Shown here one piece after another: positions 38,115 to 51,876 of a stretch of 64,000 nt of DNA (position 1 is its first letter; each line of letters opens with the position of its first letter). Position numbers and translations under genes: made by a program. The notes below the pieces were generated by a model. It saw only the letters and a program-made list of their open reading frames with translations, was not told the origin of the DNA and made no database searches. Source of the stretch: Paramecium tetraurelia (taxonomy: Eukaryota); assembly GCA_000165425.1 (NCBI GenBank), contig CT868075.1, positions 1 through 64,000 on the forward strand, read 5' to 3'.

Positions 38115-39639
38115 ATGTTTTATGAACACTTAAAATAAGTATTTTGTTAGAGATAGAAAAAAAAGGAAAGTGTTGACTAAATTAGTAAAATAGTGGCAGA
38201 TCTTAAGTTTTTTAAAGAGAAAAGAGAAATATTTGACAGCATTTTGTATTATCAAATGTTGAAAAAGTTAAATTTAATAGAAACAAAATAAGAAGATGTT
38301 TTATTTCATTATGGTATAGACATGATAATAACTAATTAGGATCTAATAACGTTGAGTTGTTTTATATTATAATGTAGGGAAAAGTTGCGATCTTATGCCC
38401 GAAAAATAGAATGATAAGTCATAAATAGATTTTGGATGAGTATCATTAAAGTGATGTTTAAGGGAGTCCAAAATCTTCAAATGACTCGTTGAAAGATATT
38501 ATCATATAATAGGCATATTCAAACTTTTTGGGAATGAAGAACTTAAAACAGTTTGATTAAGATGCAATTATAGATGAATATAATCATAATCCAAACAACT
38601 TTTAAGTTGATAAAGCATTGGATCAATTAATTAAAAAGAGATTTCCCAGTTTGAAGATTGTAAATATGTGTCAATAAGGTGATCAATTTGGAGAAATAGC
38701 ATTAATAGGGCATGTAAGAAGAACAGCAACAGTTCTATGTGTGACTGATTGTTTACTCTTAACACTAACAAATAATGACTTTTAAAATATTCTATAACAA
38801 TATCATTAATAAGTAAGAAATGAAAAGATTTAATTGTTGAGAAATTATTCACTGTTTAGATAATTATCTGATGGTAAATTAAAAGGAATGATCGAACACA
38901 TTATAGTATAAAAGTTTTCTATTTTTTCAGTGATATATTATGAAAACTCAATACCAGAATATATTTACTTCATAAAGTCAGGAGAAGTTGAATTGCTAAA
39001 GGTAGTCAATAAGAATAAGCAAATATCAATTTCTCTTTTGCAAGTGGGTTGTGTATTTGGACATTAAGATATTGGACACTAATAATTTCGATAGTACAGA
39101 GCCATTTCAAAGTCATGCTAATGTGAATTATACATGATTCCTGTCAATATAGTCTTATAATTTGATTAATAAAACGAGAATAATCAAGCAGAGAAAGAGT
39201 TTCATTAATCTAGATTAAAGAGATTGTTGAGTGATCGTATGTCTCTTCATGATAGGAAAAAACAAAATGTGTCTCCGTAATCAATTGAGGAAAGATACAA
39301 GGGAGACAAAGATTATGAATCTTTTCTAAGCTATGCATTTGCTACAAAGAGGTATAATAAATTTAATATAGAGTTCTTTCGCCAAAGCATAAAAAACTCA
39401 TTTCTGAGCCATTTATTCCATTTTTTGAATTAAATCATTCTAAACAAAAGAAATTCAGACAACACACTTCACTCTCGAAAAACTAAAGTGTTGAAAAATA
39501 AACCCTTCATAACTTAGATCATTTCAATAATTCTAAGAATTAATTAATAACAACTCAAGTTAATTATCATAGACATCTCTTCAGTCCAAGAACAACTAAA
39601 AGACATTTGGATACATTTATGCCATTTAAAAGATTATGA
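38115..39639 (+). CDS. Soluble protein with two cyclic-nucleotide-binding domains
   Basis: FYIIMQGKV...GDQFGEIALIGHVRRTATV (CNBD1, with a long insertion) and YIYFIKSGEVEL...GCVFGHQD...RQYRAIS (CNBD2). Intron near 38314-38339. Confidence 0.85.
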
Positions 39640-39782
39640 TCTATTCAATATTATTGAAATACATTCATATTCAAACCAACTATAGAATTCTAATTATAAA
39701 TGAGGAAACGGTTTACAAAAATAACAAAATTAATACATTCTACTAAATTTATATTAACAATTTCTAAATAACAATAAATCAT

Positions 39783-41656
39783 TCATTTTTTTAACAATTT
39801 ATGTCTTTTATAAATCTTTCTCATAATCATTGGAATTTATTTTGGTTAATTTTCATTTTAGGTTTCATCTTCATTTAAATCTAATTCATCATCATCATCT
39901 TCATCCATACTCAAATCTATTTCATCCTCATCTGAAAAGTTTCCTTTTTGTAATTCTTTCTCGAACAATTCATCTGCAAATGCATCCTCACTTGTTATAC
40001 TACTTTTTCTTTAAGGTTTGCTTTATTATTTAAGTTTATTGTCCTATTATCTTTATTTTTCATATTTTAGTTTAAACTATTCTTCATTAATAACAGATCC
40101 TGATAAATTAGATATTCTATTTGTAACTCTATTTTTTGCTTCTACAAATTTTGCCAAAAATGCACTTTATGAATATTCCAAAAGAGGATTAACCTTCTAT
40201 GAAATATTTTGATCTTTATCCAAAATCTACTTGGCAATCTATTGTGCTTTATTATGATAATGTGAAGTAAATGCTTTGATTTCATTCAAAAATGATGAAG
40301 CTCCTGAAAATAAAGGATCTCTTTTGTAATATTGATACTCCTAATCTTCATTGGTCTCTTCCAACAATTATGGTATTTCTATGCAAAGCTTTTGAACACA
40401 AATCAATGCGGTAATTGTGAATGATAGATTAGAATGCATTGATACTTGTAGTAATCTCTTAATGATTGCTTTTTATCTAACAATTTCATTATCTTGTTTT
40501 ATAGATAAAAATAACAAATCAAAGAATAACTCGCCTAAGCTTGTGCTTTGAATTTCCTAGGATAACAACTAAAAATATATTATAATAAAGATACAATTTC
40601 ATAAAGACTTCTATAAAAGTGAGCATTGAGATCTGAAATTTAATACACAAAATAGAGAGTCTAGATCTTTATTTTAAAGTTGTCTGATGTTGCAATTAAT
40701 TTATATATGAGTTTTTCATTTTCCTTATATAATTCTTTTAATTAATCTAAAAATGATTGTCCATATGGAAGTGTCTTATTAATTCCCTTTAAAATCTGAC
40801 TAAATAATTTTGAGCATTTTTAATCAGCTTATGGAATCTTCATGATCTTTTTGAAAAAGATGAAGAAAATTTTAAGCATATATGCTACACTGCTGGTTTC
40901 TTGAGTTTATAAATTGATGGTGTTAATAAAATTAAGGCAATAGTACTAAGCATCTTGGGATAAATTGGGTCTATACATGAATCCATAAGCCTCTTTTAAG
41001 AATGGATAAGTTAATGCAGGTTTTTTCTAGTATTAATAAGAAATATTACTGATAATTCTCCCGAAAGTTTCTTTGTTAGTAAAGTGACTAAAGTTTTCTC
41101 TTTGTCTCCGAATTTGTTGACAAGTTCCTTAACTAATTCCTTTGTATAGATTGGATGAGCACAATGCAATTCAAGCATCATTAAAATAATTTGTCTTCGC
41201 ACATATGGTAAAACATCTTCGGAAGCCTTGATGAGAATTTCACAGGTCTTTATTAACACTTAGTTAATTCCATGCCAATAATATTTCTATAATTCATCTG
41301 TTAAGTTGGATTCTTCAAAATTGCATGGAACACCTCTCTTTAAAATTAAATGAACAAATAAATCCTTTAGTTAAAATAAGGCTTTTAAGCTTTTCTCCCT
41401 TGAAGGTAATGCAGCCTAAACATATTAAAAATGGGTATACAATTTCTAGTAGTTTATTTAATGAGCCTAATGCATGATCTGGGTGTTCTTTAATTGATAT
41501 TGACAAGGCTGATATTTTATCTGCAATGGTTCCTGAATGAAGTAACTTCTGCATCAATTATGTATCAGAGGCTGGCTTGTCCCTCCTTATTTTCTTCTCC
41601 TAATACTCATATAGTTTTTAGGCATGATTAAAAGAATCCTCAATTTTTTTTACCAT
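39783..41656 (-). CDS. NOC1: CBF/Mak21 (NOC1/CEBPZ) 60S ribosome biogenesis protein
   Basis: SGTIADKISALSISIKEHP motif, ILKGINKTLPY, a CBF/Mak21 region (FYRSLYE...RVKAIIKRLLQ...YKRDPLFS...HYHNKA) and an acidic C-tail. Confidence 0.8.
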
Positions 41657-41670
41657 AATTTATATTAATT

Positions 41671-42700
41671 ATGGAATCGGATCGATTGAGTTAATCTATC
41701 AAATTTGAAATAGAACAAAAATAAATCAAATAAAAGGCTCAACTCCTGTCTATCATAGACAAAGAGTTGTTATCGATCAAAGAAAAGTTAGCCAATCAAG
41801 TCTTCGAAGATAATAACAATATACTGAAATACAATCTTAAATTGCTCCAATTGGAAAAAAAAAATGCTGAAAAACACGATATTATGGTTGAATAAGAAAT
41901 GATTCTCAGAAAATAAGCTACAATAGTGGAGAAATAATAAAAGGCTTAAGTCTAAAATGAGTAAAAGGAAATTCAACAAATTAATAAGGATGATAAAGAA
42001 GAGATAAGCATTACTTAAGATTTAACTGTTGAAATAGAAGGGTTAAGAACAAGAAATTTATATTTATCTCATAAATTATCTTAATTGTTATTCTACTTTG
42101 TAGATTTGCAATTATATGATAAAGAATTTGCAAAATAAGTTGCGCTTGATGATTTCCCAATTGATTAGCTTTACAAACCGAGTCTGTCACAACCAATGAA
42201 CTTGTTTTTAAATATAGAAGACAATGAGAAAAAAAAATTAGAAGCAATTATTAAATCAAAAGTATCTTTATTAAATATCATTTGGAAGTCTTGTTAAAAT
42301 AATAAAAAATAGAAATTGAACAGTTATAATAAAAAAATAAGAAATTAGAGAAACAGTTATTTTTTTAAGACCAAAGCACAGAGATAAAACCTGATTAATA
42401 AAAAAGGACTGTATTTACATACGAAGACGAACACTTTGAAGATTAGTAGTACTTAGAACAATTATCACAACTAAAAAGAGTAAGTATTTACATTTGAAAT
42501 AGGATAATCAACCGAAATGCAAAACATTGAATGATATCATATTGAAAAAGAGAAAATATAGTTTTGATACTGCATAGCCAGCATTAGATTTTTATAAATT
42601 GAACAGAAGATTAATAGCAGAGAGATTCCAATAGCCATCACTATAATTTGTAAATTACTAAAAATTTAGAATTCACTCCTAGTCAATTAAAAATTAATGA
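41671..42700 (+). CDS. Hypothetical coiled-coil protein, possible frameshift at an A9 run
   Basis: MESDRLSQSIKFEIEQKQIKQKAQLL... The more protein-like downstream frame (QKIEIEQLQQKNKKLEKQL, intron 42480-42502, TGA 42698-42700) needs a shift near 42229-42237. Otherwise the ORF stops at 42534. Confidence 0.55.
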
Positions 42701-42872
42701 AGTAGTATTATTATTATTAATTAAATTAATAATAATGATGCTTTTATAATCTTATACTATTCTTTTAGATATTAGTTCTTATCATATATTATATTGTTTA
42801 TCATAGACAAATAGAACTTGAATGCTTTCGAGGTTTTTTTAATTGGTTATTAAAATTATTTCTTGATTAATA

Positions 42873-43424
42873 ATGGGAGGAGCTTTTGGAAAAAGGAAAG
42901 TATAAGTATTGGTAGTCGGTTTGGATAATTCAGGGAAAACAAGTATCATAAATGCACTGAAAAATGAGAAAAATGCAACAGTGGCCCCCACAGTTGGTTT
43001 TAATAAGGATTCTGTAGAGAAATTTAACTTGAACTTTTAATTCTCTGATATGAGTGGACAGAATTAATATAGAGGAATGTGGGAATAGTACGCAACAAAA
43101 GTATTAGAAGATTGATATAGATAGATTGATGGTCTTATTTTTGTCATAGATTCATCTGATAAAATCCGATTTGGCATAGCTCTTGATGAATTCAAATTGC
43201 TATTGGAGACTCCAGGATTCAGTAAAGACCTACCGATTCTTGTTTATGCTAATAAATAGGATTCTCCAGATGCACAAAATCCATAATTTTTTATTGATTA
43301 TCTGGAATTGAAGTAGTACAAGAATCCTTCTTAATGTTTTGCAGGAAGTGCTAAGACTGGAGTTGGTTTGGATCAAGGACTCGAGTGGTTAAGTGCCAAG
43401 ATTTAGCAGGTCAAACCAAAATGA
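42873..43424 (+). CDS. ARL6: ARF-like small GTPase ARL6/BBS3
   Basis: MGG start, [20 protein letters not shown] (ARL6 signature), FVIDSSD, ANKQD, GSAKTG. One 24-nt intron (43101-43124) containing an in-frame TGA. Confidence 0.85.
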
Positions 43425-43573
43425 GATGCTTTTTATTCAAATTTTGGATTAATATTTTACATTACTAATCATCTTGTATAAGTGTTTGAGTGTAAAACTA
43501 ATTTCTTGATTGCTCATTATTCTAAAATGAGAAAGCATAAAATTAAAAGTTGTCGTTATAAATTTAAATATAA

Positions 43574-46500
43574 ATGATAGACAGTGAAACATTTTTTGCA
43601 AAATACTTGTTGTCGCCAAGACTCTAACATACTGAATCTGACTAAAGACTTATATCCCTTAATGCTGCCCAAATTAGATTATCTCCAGATAGAAAGATAA
43701 AATCCTCTTTTCTTTAGGATGAAATGTCATTCACTTCTAAGAATTCTTAATTGCTCAGTCAAACCATCAGATCACTACTCAAAAACAGTTGGGACTTTGT
43801 TGAAACTGTTCGAGAAAAGAACTTAATTGATCCTCATTTACAATATCATTTAAGGAAATTCAAAAATGATCATGAAAGTGTCAGCGACCTTGTAAACAGA
43901 AAGGTTTTCGACAATATCGAGCATCTAAATTAATACAAGGATTAGATTAATTCTTTGTAATAGGAAATAGTGAACTTGAATGAAAAATGCAAACACAGAA
44001 AAGTATGTTTAAAAAAATTGAATGATATTTTAAATAGGAAAGATGATGAACTATTGCAATTGAATCAATAATTATAAACATTTTAGACAGAAAATTAAGC
44101 ATTAAAAAACCAACAGGAAGAACTAAATTGTTAAAATATCCAATTAATTGAAGAACTATAAAATGTAATAAGTTCCTCGTAATAAACAATCAATTAACTC
44201 AATTTGAAAATCAGAGAAGGAGAAACTCATTATGAGTAGTTAAAATCAGATAAAGATTATGAAATTTAAATTCAATTAAGTCAAACTGATAAATTAGAAG
44301 AAGAATACGATTCCCTCAAATTGAAACTCAAGAAATAAGAATCTTAAATAGGCCTATTGATTGAAAAAAACCAAGAACAAAAATTTGAAATTGAATCACT
44401 CAACGCCTCATAAGTTTAGAATAAAGATTAAATCAAATTAAATGAAGCTGAAATTAAGAGATTAAAAGATTTATGTGCATTTTAAGAAGAATAACTGAAT
44501 TAATATTGTAATCAATAAACATAGACTCTCTTACAATTTACATAAAGATAGAATGAATTGACACAATAATTTAATCAGAAGTAAAATGACCTACTATCAT
44601 AAATTGCATAGTAAGAAAATGAAAAAGCAGAATTATAAGGAAAACTTACTTCATTCATTTAAAAGGAAGCTTAATTGCATAAAAAAATCTAGCAGTTCGA
44701 GGATAGTTAAACTGAGCTTGAATAAACCAAAAACTCATACTATGAAACAATCCAATAATAAAAGAAGTAAATCACTCTATTGACATCACAATGTTAATAA
44801 TATCTTTCAGAATTGGAAAATAATCAAAATGAATAAACTATCTAACAACTACAAAATCAGTTATCATAATCTAAAGTTACGATTAATGATTTAAACAATA
44901 AAATTAAGGAAGAAGAATAAAAGTTAGAAAAATTGAAATAATAAAAGGATGATGACATATTTGCACAATTAAATTAAATCTACAAATTAGAAGAAGAATT
45001 GGAAACTCTAAAATAAAAATTAAAGAAATCAGACTCCTAATTAGTCATTACATCTGAAAAGAATCATGAACTTAAAGAGGAAGTTGAGTCATTAAATGCT
45101 GAATCACTAACTTTGAAAGATTAGATAAAGCTTAATGATTTAGAACTTAAAAGACTAAAAGACTTAACTTTAGTTTAAGAGGAATAATTAAACGTTTATT
45201 GCAACTAATAAGCATAAACTTATTAATAATTTAGTGCTAGATAAAATGAATAAGTTCAATAATTTAATACAAAGTAAAATGAATTGTTAGAGTAGATTGC
45301 TACTTAATAAAAAGATTATGCTGATTTATAAGGAAAACTATCTTAGATTATGTAAAAAGAGATTCTATCACATTAAAAAATTAAAATTCTAGAAGATTAA
45401 GTAAATGAACTTGAAGAATTAAATAAGAATTTACTTGAAACCAATACAAAATAGAAAAAACAATTAAGTAATCTTAATTAAGTGTGCTAATAAAATGACG
45501 TTTAATTGGAACAATAATAATTGGAAAGGTAAAATTTAGAAGAAGCTATTCAATAAAATAAATAAAAACTAAAATAACTTGAAGATAAACTAAATTAATC
45601 TAATTTAATTATTACGTAATATGAATAATAACTGAATGATTAGCAACTGTAACTATCTATCCTTAATCAAACTCAACAAGAATTGTAATAATATTAATAA
45701 AAAGTCTAAATTTTAAACAATAATTTGGATGAATCAAGAGTTTAAGCAGAGTCTATATCAAAATAGAAGGAGGATCTAGTAGTATAACTTTAGAATACAA
45801 TACATACAAATAGTTAATTATAATAATTCAATAAAACACTTGAAAATCAATAAAAATTGATTGAAAATAATTATTCAAGTTTGACTTAAGAAAATAGAAG
45901 ACTTTAAAATTAATTAAGTGAATCTATTTGTGTAAGTAAATAAAAAGAACTTGAAAATTAAGAATTACAGAAATTAAATGAAACTTTTAATTAATAAATA
46001 TCCTAATTATAACATCAATTTACTCAATTAGAATAATCATATCATCAAATAGAGTCAGATAAAAATGTTATGAATTAATAATTGAGTGATAATTCCCACT
46101 TCTTGGAGTAATCTATGGTAGAAAATGAAAGTAAATTAACAAAATTATAGACATAAAATTAAAATCTGAAGGAGGAAATAAAATAGTTAAAAAAAAATTA
46201 GAATGAAAAAGAACATCAATTTGCATAGACAGTTAAACAGTATCATTAAAAACATTAAGGTATGATAACAATTTTAATTATTTTAGAACATAATACAAAA
46301 ATGAGCGAGATCAATAAATTATTAAAGGAAAGAAACGAGGAAATATAAAAAATGAAGTTGTAAATGGATGATGCTTAAATAAAATCGTAGTTACTTAAGA
46401 TGAAAGGTAATTTATTAATCTATTTTAGATGAAACATATAGAAGATTATTAAATAGAATAATAAAATCAATTGATCCATTTTGTGATACAAAAAAGATTA

Positions 46501-46649
46501 ATGATGTAGATACTCTACTTGAAACTGCAGTTGAAAAGGTTCAAACCCTTGTTAAACTCAAAAGAAGAAATAAAGAGAATGATGAATTTTCTTTAAATAG
46601 TTAAAAAGAACCATTTAATTTGGAATTGTCTCAAATAGTATAAAATTGA
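43574..46649 (+). CDS. Very long Gln/Glu-rich coiled-coil protein with an internal duplication
   Basis: MIDSETFFAKYLLSPR..., continuous heptads, a duplicated block at about 44438 and 45131, an intron near 46406-46428, TGA at 46647-46649. Confidence 0.78.
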
Positions 46650-47177
46650 TTAAATTATCAAATAAAATTCATTTCAATTAAGAATTAATTTATATTCTTC
46701 AATAAATGTAATTACATTCTTTTGTAAAATTATTTGCTATCCTATATCACTAATCGAAAATGCTAATATCTTTTTTATAATTTAAATAAAAATTATAAAT
46801 TGCAGTTTGATCCTTAACAATAAAGTATTTAGAATAAAAATTGTATTAATTGTTCATTAAAAAGATAACTTAAGATATAAATTTGAATTTATTAACTTAT
46901 CCGAGCTTAGTATTAAGAAGATTTTTAAAGAAATCTCGAATCTGACCTTTAAATCAATTAGGATTGACAAAGAGCTGTAAATTTAATGCTTGACTCAAAT
47001 AGAAATGAGAAAATATTTGTATGTATCAAATAATTATTCTATGTGTATATATATAACAGTGAATATCCTATTTTATTGCTCTGACTGTTGAATTTCAAAT
47101 CTTTTGTGCTAATACATAGTTTATAAATTATTCTGTAGTTTTTAAATATTGAAAATTAAATAAGAAAGTAAATTATA

Positions 47178-48749
47178 ATGAATGTGAGGCCAAAATTTGG
47201 AAGGTCAACTCCACCTAGTCATACTTCATCAAATCCACATTCTTAAATTACTTAGGTAAGTGAAGAAAATGATAATTTAGCCAGTTAATTAAGACATGTA
47301 ACAAAATCAAATGCAAATACCTCAGAACTGTGGATCCTATCCAAGTATTCCAATGCCTCCACCTGCCAATCCTCATTTAATTAGTCCATAGTATTAAGTT
47401 TAAAATTCCTAACATTAACCATATATTCCAGAATAAAATTATACTTATCAATAGAATCCATACAATCATTATTAGCAACCTATCTCTAGAGAAACTGCAG
47501 TGTTTGGATAAGTTCAGAATTAATAGGGGTACAATAATGGCCCAGATATCTACAAATCCGCAGATATATATCATTAGAGCCATAAACATTATCATTATAA
47601 AGAACCTTTATAAGTGGAAAGCGTAATCCTTCCTACTAGTGATGTTATTTAATAATCAAAGGAGTACTAATACTCTTCAGTCATTTTGAAAACATGTGAA
47701 CTTTCAAATACATAGAATTCATAAATATTAGAGAACTTTAAAATAATTTCTAATTCTTAGATCAAAGATATGGATATAAGCTCAAAAACTCACAATATGA
47801 TTACAATATAAGATAAGTCTAATGAGTTTCAAATTTAACCTTTTGATGAAAATTTGAAAAAGGAGAAATAGAAAAATAAATAATTGGTAATTATTGTTGT
47901 TTACCTTAGATTAACTCGAATCTCCTTATAATTTAAAACAAAAATACAAATATACCTAATTTTGAGTGTCTAGAAAGGCTATGTTAAATGCATCAAAAGC
48001 CAATAGAAAAGATCTGTGCTGAAAAGGAGTGCAAAGAATTAAATGAATTATTGTTGTGTTAAGAATGTGCTAGAGAACACAAAGGCCACAATCTATTCGA
48101 CATTCCAGAGGCATTATTTTTAATACTAAAAAGTTAATAAAACCTAGAAAAGGATGATTAATTGATATAAGTTATTTAACAAAAAGCTTAGGAATAATTT
48201 AAACATCTAAAATCAAACATAACTTGGTAATTAAGTCAAATTGAAGAACAATTACATGATGGATTTAATAATTTTAAGAATTACCTTTTGGAGAAAAAGA
48301 ACTCCTATCAAAAAGCCTTTGAGGATCTTCAACTAGGAGGTTTAAGCAAGATGGTTGAATAAGCAAATTTGCTTTTTGATTAAGGCTTATTCTAGGAAGT
48401 CAATTTAAATTAAAATGAATAGGAATACCTTAAATTATCAGATGAATTAAATAAGGTAAAATAATCAATGAAAAAGTTCTTATAATTTGTTGAAGATGAT
48501 AATTAAGAGTATACATAAATCAAACTCAATAATGTAGATATATAGATTGAGAGTTAAAAAATAGACGATCTTAATTAGCTCTATTATTAAATCAAAATAG
48601 ATTCTTTAAATTAGAAATTTACAAATATTCTAGATTAGGAACTGCTATTATTGTAAAATAATAAAGCAATAAGATTGAAAGAAAATTATTCGAAAATTAA
48701 TCTGAAGTAATAATAGAACATTTAAATTGTTTCATATCAACAGATTTGA
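47178..48749 (+). CDS. Protein with a Q/P/Y-rich N-terminus, B-box-like Zn finger and coiled coil
   Basis: CQMHQKPIEKICAEKECKELNELLLCQECAREHKGH followed by heptads. Introns near 47256-47280 and 47887-47909. Confidence 0.7.
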
Positions 48750-49150
48750 TTATCAAATATATATCAAATTAAAAATCAAATTTACGACTTTAATATATAA
48801 TATATCATTTTCTCAATAGAGGCGGAAACTGAATTCATTATTGTAATTTCTTAAAAATGGATTAAAATAAATTGAAGGAAATAAAGTCTAGATCAATTTT
48901 TGGTGGTGTTTTTAGAATAAATTTAATCGGAGTATATGATTATATGCATCTAAGATATATTAATTATATTTTCATAATTCGAATATATGATAATTTCAAT
49001 AGCATAATATGATAATATCCTCTTTTACATATATTTAACCCAGATTTTATCTATCTCACCCAATTTAAGACTTTATTTTATAAAATTTGCTTATCAATTA
49101 AAATTATTAGACAACATAGTTAGTTTTCAACCTTCATTCTTTCATTCCTT

Positions 49151-51851
49151 ATGGAGAACCAAAGTTATAATATTTTCTTATTGATAATTAGCTGTTTTGT
49201 TATGAATAAGAATAATTATATAAAATTTTAGGAAAAATACTAGGTTCTTAATAAATTAAATAATGAAAGTTAATGCTATTGTTAACCAATTAAAAAATAT
49301 AAAAACTAAAAATAAATCATTAAATGGAGTAAGTTATATAGAAAAACATTTAAGCTTATTCGCGAGATGATTGCAGATTTAGACAAACCAGAAGTGAGCA
49401 AGGAAATACTTGAAAATCACACTATAAAACTCATCAACAATACTAAGGAACAAGATTTGAAGGTCATTCTTTAATTGTTGATCTAAATACAGCATTTAAA
49501 TAAGTTAAATAACTTAGATGAGCATATTATAATGTAAGAAAATTTATATAGATTGAAAATAGATTGATAGAAAGAAACTAAAAACAGCATAGCTATCATG
49601 CGTAAATCATTTAGTTATTGCATACACTTAAGGAAAACGTTTCTATATAAAATTTACCATACACATATAGGTTCCTAAGAATATGTTATAGAATAAAGTA
49701 ATTATCAAATAATAAAATAATTATTGTGAACACATAAGTGTTGAATGATGAAGTGCTTACTCAGATTGGGTAATCATGCAAAGGTTATTTGATGAATAAG
49801 TAAGAGTCAGAAAAAAATATATTGGCCATATTAAATTTTTTTATGAGAATAGCAGATGGTTCTTTAGACACTGATTTCGATGATGCTTACGCTCTTAAGG
49901 CATTGAGTTTGATTTTAGAGGAGTTCTAAAAGCTGAAGATATTGTTGGACATCAAAATAGCAGAAGTAATTAATTCTAACTTAAGTGCTTTGCTAAAGAG
50001 TAATCTCAATAAAACAACATAATCAATACAGAAATGTAATCAATTTATACTAATATAGTGTAAAGTATTTTCAAGTTGATAGAGATCCTATTGTTGGGGA
50101 ACAGCTGTTACTTTTTTGATTTTCTCGATACACTCAAGAAACACTTATTTAGCGAGTGTCATTCTATATAAAAATAGCTTTCTTACTAGACAATAGTGAA
50201 TTGCACAGATGCTTTCATTGAATATCTGGGGAATGATAAGTATAAAAATGAGTTTGTAGCATTCTACACTGAAATAACAAAGCAGACATAGATAGAGAAC
50301 ATCAATATCCCCCACAAATTGAAGCAGATACATGAAGTGGTTGGACATTTCATTTAATTAGAGAATATTTATTAGGAATACTCTGATAATAAATAGATTC
50401 TGAAGTTTATTGCAGAATTCAATTTAAGATTATCATAATAGATGCAGAAACCTCAGTTGTTATTATAAAAATAAATTAAAAAGTGTATGAAGAATCTACT
50501 AAGTAAGATAGAGTTTGAATAAATTAACCAAACTTATTACAATTACATATAAGTTATGGATACTGATGTGAGGAACTCAATGATAATTCATTTGATTGAA
50601 CAGAATCAGATTGCTTTTGTGACGTAGCTCTTATATCAAATGAATGATATATCCACGAGCACTTGGCAAAAGTATATTCAATACTATTTGAAGATAAAGG
50701 AGTCTAATGAATAAACAGAATAGCTTATGAAACAGTTGTTATTGAATGAGAAATTGTTGCAAATTGAGGTTCTTCTCTTTAGTCTGTTCTCCTGCAAATG
50801 CTATTAACTTATCATCTAATTATGTAATATTCATTATAATGCATTGTAATTTGATTTGGTATTGTAGTTCCTGTATCAAGAACTTATGAATGATATTGAG
50901 TAGCAACACACTGTTGAATTAATATGTTCGTTAATCATTTTGATATAGGAAAGATCAAATCACTTCTAATTCGATTATATGTTGAAGATGATACAACTGA
51001 AGAATCACAATGAATTGCTGCTGCATTATCTCTAAACAATATCAAACAAGGTGGGAATGGATCAATTGTTAAGTCTATTAACTTAATGTCTACCTTCTCA
51101 ATTAATCTCAACAATCCTGTACGATTGTGTTTAGACAAAGGAGATTGATGAATCAGATTTGGACTTAATCCTATACATTCTATAGAAATAGGATGTTATT
51201 GATGATCACTTTATAGCTCATTTAATGGACATGATCGCAAACAAAGAGGAATATGCTGTTACTCTCTTCAATATCATATCATAAAAGAAGGTTCCAGTGA
51301 AATTAATATTTTATATTGGACAATAAATTTAGAATTAGAAGTATTACAATAAAGACACAAACCAACAATTGCTATTCAACCATTAGGTGGACATAAACTA
51401 TTTGTATGAGTTATGCCAATTCACATACGGTGCTGGACAAATAGATGCCAATTTCATAGAGAGTTAATTGCCGTACTTTGAAAAGTTGATAGAAACTCAA
51501 CAGAATGAATTACTGGAGGAGGTTACCAGGGTAATTAAGTTCTATCTCCAGAACTTCCCAACTTAATAATGCTTGATTAAGTTGATTTCAAAATACGAGT
51601 ATCTATACAATCATGGGAATTCAAATCTCACCTAGACATTGATTCAAATAGTACCTGATTTGAAGATAATTTTGAGTCTTTTGGAGAAGGATGACTAATA
51701 ATTTTAATAATTCGAAAACAAATTGGATAATCTACACGAGTATGCTGAATTTGCAGAATATATGGAGAAGCATTAAATAGCTTTGAATTCTAATACTGAA
51801 AGTATTGAACAAAGACCTAAGATTTAACTCTCTGAATTAGAGTAACAATGA
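49151..51851 (+). CDS. Large all-helical (HEAT/ARM-like) hypothetical protein; start uncertain
   Basis: Long Leu/Ile-rich amphipathic-helix frame in code 6 with several tiny introns, ending ...RPKIQLSELEQQ*. Confidence 0.6.
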
Positions 51852-51876
51852 TATTTGAAAAAATATTTATTTATTA

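Noticed and set aside
46800..47090. Open frame ending in YCSDC
   Set aside because: No clear start or family signal; compatible with intergenic DNA or a remnant.
49151..51851. TANGO6/Rtp1 assignment for the helical protein
   Set aside because: Only a vague pattern resemblance; not supportable without an HMM search.
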